From contig JAANOX010000179.1 in NCBI GenBank assembly GCA_020184695.1, positions 110,527 through 174,526 on the forward strand: 64,000 nucleotides of DNA, given 5' to 3'. Positions 55,580 through 64,000 of this stretch are shown here, piece by piece. The notes beneath the pieces were generated by a model. The model was not told where the DNA came from. It did not search any database and saw nothing but the letters and a program-made list of their open reading frames with translations. Both the position numbers and the translations under genes were made by a program. Each line of letters opens with the position of its first letter. The first letter of the stretch is position 1. The DNA comes from Histomonas meleagridis 2922-C6/04-290x. Lineage: Eukaryota > Protista > Parabasalia.

Positions 55580-56045
55580 TTATTCACGAAGCACATTTAC
55601 TATTTCTGTGTAACCTTTTTGGTGTGCAATTTGAGTTGCAGTAAAATATTGTTAAAACGTATTCCAAATTATTAAAACATATTTTAAATTATTAAAACAT
55701 ATTCTAAATTATTCAAATGAATATTTTTTGCATTAACATCAATTCCTTTATCTAGAAGTAATTTTACTATTTCTATATTATTATTTCTAACTGCTATATG
55801 AAGTGCCGTTTCAAATTATTAAAACGTATTCCAAATTATTAAAACATATACAAAATTATTAAAACATATTCTAAATTATTCAAATGAATATATTTTGCAT
55901 TAACATTAATTCCTTCTTTATCTAAAAGTAATTTTACTATTTCTATATTATTATTTCTAACTGCTATATGAATTGCTGTTTCAAATTATTAAAACATATT
56001 TGAAAATATTATAACATATTCCAAATTATTATAACATTAACAAAT
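55580..56045 (-). repeat. Three ankyrin cassettes separated by spacers made of 20-nt tandem modules
   Basis: TAIHIAVRNNNIEIVKLLLDKEGINVNAKY, TALHIAVRNNNIEIVKLLLDKGIDVNAKN and TATQIAHQKGYTEIVNVLRE*. Spacers at 55980-56045 (66 nt), 55810-55889 (80 nt) and 55643-55722 (80 nt). Confidence 0.9.
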
Positions 56046-56079
56046 TTTCGATTTCATTAAAATGTTCTGCGCAGAACCA

Positions 56080-57160
56080 ATTGATGTAACTTCTTTCATT
56101 GATCAATGATTTTTAATATTTATTTTCCATTCAAATATTCCTGCACAATTTCTTGTACTTGCGAATAAGCGATGAGCCGCCTAACACAATTTCGTCGATT
56201 TCGTTCTTTTCGATTTTTGCATCATTCAAAATATCTTTAATTGGATCAAGTAACTTTTGGAAGATGTCTTTGTTGAGTTCTCCAAATTGTTCGCGTGTAA
56301 TTGTTTCAACAAAATTTTCTTCATCAATTTTGATTATTGTTTCATTTGAAAATGAAAGTTCACATATCGCTCTTTCAAGTCACTAATTAGTTTTGCTGTC
56401 ATTGTTAAGTTCTTTCCAGTCTTTTTTTTTGTATTTATTCGAAAATACAATTATTGATATCATCACCTCCAATTCGTAAATCGCTAAAAGAGAGAAAATC
56501 GTTTTCGAGGAGCGCTACGCTTAATTTAGTACTACCAAAGTCAAAAATCAATAATTTGCTCCTATCGTATTTAGTTATTAATAATATAAGCAATCGCAAT
56601 GGAAACTGGTTTGTCGAGACTTAATGATGTTTAAACCTGATAAGGTACCGGAATTGATTATTGAAATAGGTTGGAATAGTGTAACAGTTTTATTTTGTAG
56701 CTTAAGAATAATGATGATTTCTTCGGAAGAAAAATGCTACTGGATTTCAACATATGAATGATGTCTTGCATAAAAGTTAATAAAAGAAGTATCATTTTTA
56801 GCTAATGAAGTAAATTTTTGACCTGTTTCAACAAATTGTGTGGTTGGCGATAATGATTATCAAATTTGGTAATTCCAGCGCACAATTAGAGCTCGCAGTG
56901 ATGATTTGATTTGCCATCGGATTTTCATATTCATGTCTTCCACCACCATTTGCAAGTAAATAAATAATGTTTTCAAGTTCCGTGCTTATGGCATTACTGG
57001 GATTGAAAATTGCTTAAATAAATTGAATTGATTTATCTTCCTACAATTTTACTGACAAATAGGATACGATCGAATTTTGATAATTCTGTTCTTGAATTGT
57101 AACCCAACTGAGAATGATCTTTATCGCGGGGCATCGATTCATTTGCCTATCTTATGACAT
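56080..57160 (-). pseudogene. Decayed Hsp70-like nucleotide-binding domain
   Basis: Fragments across frames: VT(I)PTYFNN, GTLSGLNII...PVSIAIAY, LLIFDFGSTKLSVALL, ITREQFGELNKDIFQKLLDPIKDILNDAKIEKNEIDEIVL-GGSS. Multiple frameshifts and stops. Confidence 0.75.
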
Positions 57161-57433
57161 TTTTTTTGTGGTCTGACAATCATAACGAATGATGATTTGA
57201 GGATTAATATTTATTTTGATGCTCATTTTATTAATTTCATACACTAATAAAATGTTACAGATTACAATATAAACAAATATTATTAAAAATGTTTTAATTG
57301 GTATGTTCAGATGATTTGATCAAATCATACAATAATTATTGTTGAATAATTTATCGGTATTACGCTCAAAAAGTTTGAATTAAATTTTTTTCAATGATAT
57401 AACCGCAGTCGAAGTTTTTGATTACCATAAAAA

Positions 57434-59905
57434 ATGATGATAAAGCAGCAAGACCCACTTATGAAATATATAATGAATCCAAACAGTATTAATATTGGCA
57501 AAGAAATGGGTAAGGGAACATTTGGTAAAACTTTCCTTGCAACAAATAATAAATATAACAAAATAATTGTAAAACAAATTTTTAATACGGATCCTCAACA
57601 AACAGAACAAAAGCGATATCTCCATGATGCCAAGTTAGCCGTTTCTTTGTCATCTCCTTTTATTGTTCCTGTTGTTGGATTTACGAATGCTCAACCTTAT
57701 TATATGGCTACACAATATATGCCAAAAAATCTTTTTAGCTTATCTAAACACAATAAAACTTTAACACCCACACAGAAAACAATGGTTTTATTAACGATTG
57801 CAAAAGGACTTGAATATCTCCATTCTAAAGAACTTACATATTCTTACTTTAAATACAGCAATATTTTATTTGATGAAAATATGAATCCTAAACTTGCTGA
57901 TTGTTGGTATTCCATATTTTTATCTCCAAAACAAATCAAAAAGCTTTTGATTTCTTCAAATCAAGCTGCTCCTGAAGTAGCTTCTGGTGGGGATATAACC
58001 AAAAAGTCAGATATTTTTGCATTTGCTCTTCTTATTTATGAATTAGCCGAAAATGTCAAACCTTTTAGTAACATTCGTAGTTCAAAAGAATATACCAAAA
58101 AGATAACACAAGGTGAGCGACCCAAATTCAAAAAGATGTCACCTGAATTACGAAAAATTATTCATAAGTGTTGGCATAATAATCCTGAATTTCGTCCATC
58201 CGCATCCCAAATAGCGGATGAAGTAATGCTTTATGTTGACAGTCTCTTTCCTGGCACAGATGCCAATACTGTTAAACAATTTCTCAAAAGTAACACCAAT
58301 AACTCAGAAACCGCCAAAACCGCCACATCAAACATTGCATCAAAGTCCAACGAGATTTTCTCATATGAGAATCATCATCGTAAGCGCTCTAAGTCACGAC
58401 GTCATCACTCTAAGCCCGATATATATGTCTCTGATGTCATTGAGCCAATCCCATTAACTTCTGAAGAAAGCATTATCCCAATTATATTAAGTAATTGTCA
58501 ACATCAACACTTTATATCATGTCTACAATACTGTGAGAATGAACTAATTCCAGAGAAAGTCATCTCAATCATTCCAATCTTTATATCACATTTCCAAAGT
58601 GATGTTGAAGAACAATATATTGATCTTTTGATGAGTGCATTTATTCGTATGGTTCAACGTGATGCCAAATTCATTCGAATATTTGCAGAGAGATCACTTT
58701 TATCATATTTACCATTTCGTGGGCATCTCTTAGGGAAGACTATCTTTCTCATCCAATATTTATTGTATTATTCTCCATCATCAATTTCGACGTCACATTT
58801 TAAGATGTTTCATATCTTAATTAACAAATGTCCTAATGAGATGATGCCATTAATTCATTTCTTTTCATATAATTCAACACGAATTGATAACATATATCCA
58901 TTTGTCGACATATTATTTAATTGTATTAATGATTACATCGAAACAATACAAGGAACATATCTACTTCAAGCATTATTATATATGTATTATAATAACCAAC
59001 AATTTGCACAAGCTCGAAAATCGAACATCGATGAAATTATACCGAAATTCTTTAACTCGTCAATTGATGGAAGTATTAAATTATGTTATGGATACTTCTG
59101 TACTATAAACAATGGACTGAATCAATTAGACTCAAACATATTATTGAAACATTTAACAAAACCAAATTTCGTGAATACGATTGTCTCTGTATTACTTCGA
59201 AGAAATGAATTAATGACCAAAGAAATATTTGCAAAATTGGTCGACTTATTAACCAATGAAAATGAAGAAGATACAAACGACATATGGAACTTGTTATGTA
59301 ACATAGCATCAAACAAAATCGACGAGGACTTGTTCCTTTCGGTGCCGAAATGGATCGACTGTTGTCTACAAAACCCGGAGAAAGGAATTGTTTTGATTTC
59401 TTATTTGTTCAAGTCAATCAAGTTAAGACAATTAATTACAACATCAACCAAATACGTGGACACGTTAAACGCATTGAAAATTGACAACGACACAGAAAAA
59501 TTTGAACTGGTGGCGAACTTAGCGGCAAACGGAAGATTTAATCAGAAAATTGTGATGTACTTCTCAAAAAGTGGAATGCTTCAGAAAATTACATCGATCG
59601 CTGATCAACAAAGTAATATCGAATTAAAGGCTAAAGTCCTTGTCATGATTGAGAAGATGGCGTGCTTCGGCTTCTTGAATGAGTTTACAACATTTGTAAA
59701 TTCAATAATAAAATTATTGACAGTGAAACAATACTTACCGTTAGCAGTTCACTCTGTTGCAATGCTCTCTGTGAGCAAAGAATTCACTGCCAAAATCGCA
59801 GCCAAGAATGGAATCATGAAATACTTCAAGGATTTGATGAGATATAAGAAATATAGAGAAGATGCTACAACGTTCCTTAAGAAGGCAGGGGAAATCACTA
59901 TCTGA
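57434..59905 (+). CDS. TKL-like pseudokinase with ARM/HEAT-like C-terminus
   Basis: Gly loop GKGTFG and APE are retained. The HRD position reads YSY and DFG reads DCW. Confidence 0.85.
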   Translation: MMIKQQDPLMKYIMNPNSINIGKEMGKGTFGKTFLATNNKYNKIIVKQIFNTDPQQTEQKRYLHDAKLAVSLSSPFIVPVVGFTNAQPYYMATQYMPKNLFSLSKHNKTLTPTQKTMVLLTIAKGLEYLHSKELTYSYFKYSNILFDENMNPKLADCWYSIFLSPKQIKKLLISSNQAAPEVASGGDITKKSDIFAFALLIYELAENVKPFSNIRSSKEYTKKITQGERPKFKKMSPELRKIIHKCWHNNPEFRPSASQIADEVMLYVDSLFPGTDANTVKQFLKSNTNNSETAKTATSNIASKSNEIFSYENHHRKRSKSRRHHSKPDIYVSDVIEPIPLTSEESIIPIILSNCQHQHFISCLQYCENELIPEKVISIIPIFISHFQSDVEEQYIDLLMSAFIRMVQRDAKFIRIFAERSLLSYLPFRGHLLGKTIFLIQYLLYYSPSSISTSHFKMFHILINKCPNEMMPLIHFFSYNSTRIDNIYPFVDILFNCINDYIETIQGTYLLQALLYMYYNNQQFAQARKSNIDEIIPKFFNSSIDGSIKLCYGYFCTINNGLNQLDSNILLKHLTKPNFVNTIVSVLLRRNELMTKEIFAKLVDLLTNENEEDTNDIWNLLCNIASNKIDEDLFLSVPKWIDCCLQNPEKGIVLISYLFKSIKLRQLITTSTKYVDTLNALKIDNDTEKFELVANLAANGRFNQKIVMYFSKSGMLQKITSIADQQSNIELKAKVLVMIEKMACFGFLNEFTTFVNSIIKLLTVKQYLPLAVHSVAMLSVSKEFTAKIAAKNGIMKYFKDLMRYKKYREDATTFLKKAGEITI

Positions 59906-60446
59906 TATCATTTGTTATTGCCAAAATAAAGCTTTTTTTTTTAGAGAAACGTCATAACGTTTTTTGTTTATCGACAAACAAAATAATCACTTTTGTATGC
60001 AATTTATGAGTTAACAAAATTGGCAGTGAAATTCATCGTCGTGAAAATCGATTTTTGTGCGAAACCGAATGTTTAACACAAATTTCAGCGGCAAAAAAAT
60101 TGAGCAGAAGTCTGGCACGCGTTCAATTTTGAGAGAAATTATATTCGTTTTTGATAGGTGGATAAGACAAGATCTTGGTCTGTTCTCATCGAAGAAAACC
60201 AAAAAATCTTTTTAGTTTTATCCAAAAAACTATGTTAACTCGTAAATAATAAAAAACAGTGTATAGAAATATAATATTTTTGTTTTTAATTTATATATTC
60301 CGGTGTTCATTCCAAAATTATCGTTTTGATATTTTGTAGTAAATATAACTATAACGCCGAGATCCAGAACCAACTGTCAAAATTCTTTGGTTTATTTGCA
60401 TAAATTGCTCTCAAAATTTTCTGAGAAGTTCTCTTCACAACTTAAT

Positions 60447-61058
60447 ATGGGAGTAAGCGGAAGCACAACTAAGAATAAGAACCAAACCCTTCCTCAAAAG
60501 ACTATACAGGAGCTCGAACAAACAACTCACTTCAGTGCTCCAGAAATTCAAGATCTTTACGGAAGATTTTTAGCTCATGCTAAGACTAAGAAGAGGAAGA
60601 CATTCCTTTATGTAGAAGGATTCAAGGGCTTATCTGTTAAAAGTGAACAATTGTCGGAGATGGTATTTAATGCATTTGATCGTAATGGTGACAAAAAACT
60701 CGATTTCACCGAATACATGCACGGTCTATCTACTGTATGCTCAAGAGCAACTGAGAAAGAAAAGGCACAGTTCATCTTTAACATTGTTGATTTCGAAAGA
60801 AAAGGATCATTTGGAAAAGACCAGCTCAAGAAAGCTATTGCTTTAATCACAAAAGAAGTATCTCCAGATTGGTTACCAGATGAACAATTGTCCGTTATCG
60901 CAGAGACGTCTTTTAATCAACTTGCAGGATCTATTGATGGAGATGTTGTCGATTACAAGAAATTCGAAGCTGCTTGTTTAGAGCACCCAACAATTCTTAG
61001 AGATGTTAATATTGAACTTGACAATGCTAACAAGCATGAAGTACTTATCACACACTAA
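60447..61058 (+). CDS. Myristoylated EF-hand protein (NCS/calcineurin-B-like)
   Basis: MGVSGST N-terminus, EF loop DRNGDKKLDFTEY, EKAQFIFNIVD. ATG at 60447. Confidence 0.88.
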   Translation: MGVSGSTTKNKNQTLPQKTIQELEQTTHFSAPEIQDLYGRFLAHAKTKKRKTFLYVEGFKGLSVKSEQLSEMVFNAFDRNGDKKLDFTEYMHGLSTVCSRATEKEKAQFIFNIVDFERKGSFGKDQLKKAIALITKEVSPDWLPDEQLSVIAETSFNQLAGSIDGDVVDYKKFEAACLEHPTILRDVNIELDNANKHEVLITH

Positions 61059-62606
61059 TTTTCATCCAAAAAGTAAATTTTTACCATTTTTTTAAATTTT
61101 TATATTTTCTGTTAAACCGTCAGGCAAAAGCCGTTGAAGTATTCAAATCGAAACTTTTTCTAACGGAAGACCATTGTGAAGTGACCATAAAACCGGAACG
61201 TTGCCAATTGAGAACAATTTACATCGATTGAAAAAGTTACTTTGTATCGAAAACTTCCGCACTCAACCAAATATCTTCTCAATTGAAACTAAGAGCAAAC
61301 ATCATCGGAATATATCATTATGCAATGCAACTTTTAAGTATTTGAAAACTCATTTTTCCTATTGGTTAATTCTGAGAATAATACGAATGTATTTCATACA
61401 TATATGAGATATCTCAAGTCTTTAAAATAAATAATTAAAAATATTTTTCTCTTCTCATCAAATATTTTCACATTCGAAATTTTGGTTTAGATCAGCACTG
61501 TGGTGTTCATCTAAATCATTGATTTTATATTATATAAAATTATATGTATATTTTAATATAAAAATGCACATGACTTTGTAAATGAATTTGATTGTGTAAG
61601 TGTATTTTAATGAATCAATAAATTACTATATGAAAATGTATTTGTTAATAGAATACATTTATCAATAATTATTCCAGTACATGTAAATTATGAAAAATAT
61701 ATGTTTTACATTGAGAACTATTCATCATCATAACTTTGGCTTAAATAATGTTAAACACTCTTCATTATTATAAAGCATAATACATATAAATTAATGTTAA
61801 TTTTTAGATATGTAACACATGATAAATGGATTTTCTAATGATGTGATTGCATTCGAGATTCTTTACTTTAATGAGATTTTAATGTCTAATTTATGCTCGT
61901 TTCCCACACATTGTTAATTATATTCAAATATAACTGTTTCTAGAATAGATAATAATTTAATGTTTACCAAAGTTAGCTTCAATTTAAGTTTGGATGGGTG
62001 GTCCAATATAAAAAAGAAGGGAAATTTCAATCAATAACAATATGCATACTTTAAAATTTTAATAACATTTCGCAATGGTTGCATTTGATTGCTTGTCTTC
62101 AATATTTAGACATAAACCTTGTTTTAATACAGAGCTGCATCGAAATAAATTTAGTATCTTAGAATTTCATAAAGTTAAAAATGATTATACACAAGGGGTC
62201 ATAAACTTTATTCAGGATGAAATGTCGATCAGAAATATGATATACTATGAAAGCAAACTTAATTTAAGAAAACTGACAAAATCTCGATCCAATTACAAAC
62301 AACAATTTCAATTTTATAAAGTTAATATGAAACTTCTTATATTGCATATCGCCATGGTTGTTCTCAGAAAAATATTTTGCAAAATATAAAAATTATATTA
62401 CAAATTTTTAAACATATATAATATAAAATCTATTGAATAAATTACGCATGCGATAAGATATTATCATTATAAAACTGAATGTTATTGTTGTTTGATGAGC
62501 TCCTTCCGCATCTTTTCATGTAAAACAAATTTCTTTTCACAATAAACAATGATTCACAAAAACAGAAAAATATTTTATTACCACATTTCAACATATTTTA
62601 TTATAC

Positions 62607-63340
62607 TCAAATCCATTGGTCCTCATCTTCCTTTATCAAACTATTAAATTCATTGTCCACTTCTTCGTGATTTCTTCCCATAGTTGATAACGAATTATTA
62701 TTTACATTTGACAACGATTTTGTTTTCGTTGTTTGTTTCTTATTTCTATTGAACATAAATATTACAATTCCGACAATTATCAAAACTATCACAATAGCGC
62801 CGCATATAATACCAATTAACAATTCATATGATATCGAATTATCTTTTGGTGTAACATCAGTTACAACGAATGTGTAAAAGTCAGAATAATAACTATAATA
62901 AGACGAATAATATATAACAGTGTGATCGTAATAAATGACATTTGCTGATATATAATAATTCGTGCACTATCTAAAGTTATCGTTTCAAGTCCTGGACATT
63001 TTAAATATGCATTATCAAAGTTCAAAAACGAATCGGGAAAAAAGACTGACATGATAAAACGTTTGGGTGTTAAAGATGTATTCGACCACTAAAAGAAATA
63101 TTTATGTAAGTGATTAAGATATTCTATTTCACAGCTGATATTCCATATTTGTACTTCGTTCATAAAAATGGAACAATTTTGTTCACAGATGAATATATTA
63201 ATCCATAACATAAGCATTTCAACATCATTAGAAATCCATTGTTCTGAAAGATGTAATCGTCGAGAATTAGTAAAAGTGCTGAATAAAAGTAAAGTATAGA
63301 AAACAACAAACGGTTTTGAGTGAACGTTTATATAAAGCAT
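62607..63340 (-). pseudogene. Fragmented type I membrane protein gene
   Basis: C-terminal TM LIGIICGAIVIVLIIVGIVIFMF with a DEDQWI tail. Upstream coding-like fragments (62861-63052, 63089-63340) are split by stops and frameshifts. Confidence 0.45.
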
Positions 63341-63499
63341 ACAAAAAGTTGATTTAGCTCCTCCGACCAGAATTGGATCTCGTTTGAGTTGGTGATGTTT
63401 TTACTTATGAAAGAGTCGTTGATTAAGTCAGAAAAAAAAATCAAAACTTTTTTTTGGCTAGGATTCCATATTAAATGCCAAAAAAATCAGTAAAATATT

Positions 63500-63935
63500 A
63501 ATCTTTATAGAGCTTGTAAACTTACTTTCGCTCTTTGGTATGGGTTCTTCTGATGTATCTAATGGACAATCAATAAATTCTGGTTTATATTGCCCAACTG
63601 GTTCTTGGTCAACTTCAGGATAATTTTATGGAGGATTTTCATGAGGTGCATCTCCATCTATTATTGGTCCATAACCTTAATCAATTTCTTAAAGATAAAT
63701 AAAAATAATGTTTTCTTCTGAACATTGAATATTATTAGAAGAATTTCGACAATTTCATGTGTATGGATTTTTTTATCTTGAAGTGTGTTGCAGGTGGATA
63801 TAATAATTCATCTTTATTATTAAAAAAATCTTTTACTGTTTTCATATTCATTTTTGCTTTTATTTTAATGACATAATTGGGATTTTCTTTATAAATTGAA
63901 TCTAAACTTGATGACACTAAAGTGAATGTTCTTGT
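63500..63935 (-). pseudogene. Possible ADP-ribosyltransferase-like fragment with a hydrophobic tail
   Basis: FTLVSSSL...VIKI...KDELLYPPATHFKIK resembles the S-T-S and ExE..P..F motifs of R-S-E ARTs. Downstream fragment GYGPIIDG...SKFTSSIKINILLIFLAF is interrupted. Confidence 0.3.
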
Positions 63936-64000
63936 AACGGTAGGTATAGAATGCGGTCGGGAATGATCACGAGGACCCTAGGGGCCCCGCCCCGGCGGCC

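Overview
AT-rich, gene-dense eukaryotic DNA with short intergenic regions and no recognisable spliceosomal introns. Gene content (BspA-type LRR protein, DUF3447-like/ankyrin families, Rabs) and Inr/M3/M5-like promoter motifs point to a parabasalid (trichomonad) protist; this is inferred. Housekeeping-type genes: Ulp1 and giant USP proteases, two Rabs, RapGAP, RhoGAP, RPL18A, eIF4E, importin-beta-like, MORN, Myb, pseudokinase, NCS/CNB EF-hand and tRNA-Phe. There is also a transposon-remnant cluster at 1-2.3 kb and several decayed genes. The standout signal is at three separate minus-strand loci (17.3-19.9, 43.6-43.8 and 55.6-56.0 kb). Their ankyrin repeats are each interrupted at the same place, the D-x-x-G-x beta-hairpin, by a 60-83 nt, ~90% AT spacer built from 20-nt modules. 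Most spacers break frame or contain stops, and none has canonical trichomonad intron signals. The arrays follow a GBP-like GTPase, a DUF3447-like domain and an Hsp70-like domain. This suggests a non-canonical intron, recoding or diversification system, but DNA alone cannot exclude dead repeats.
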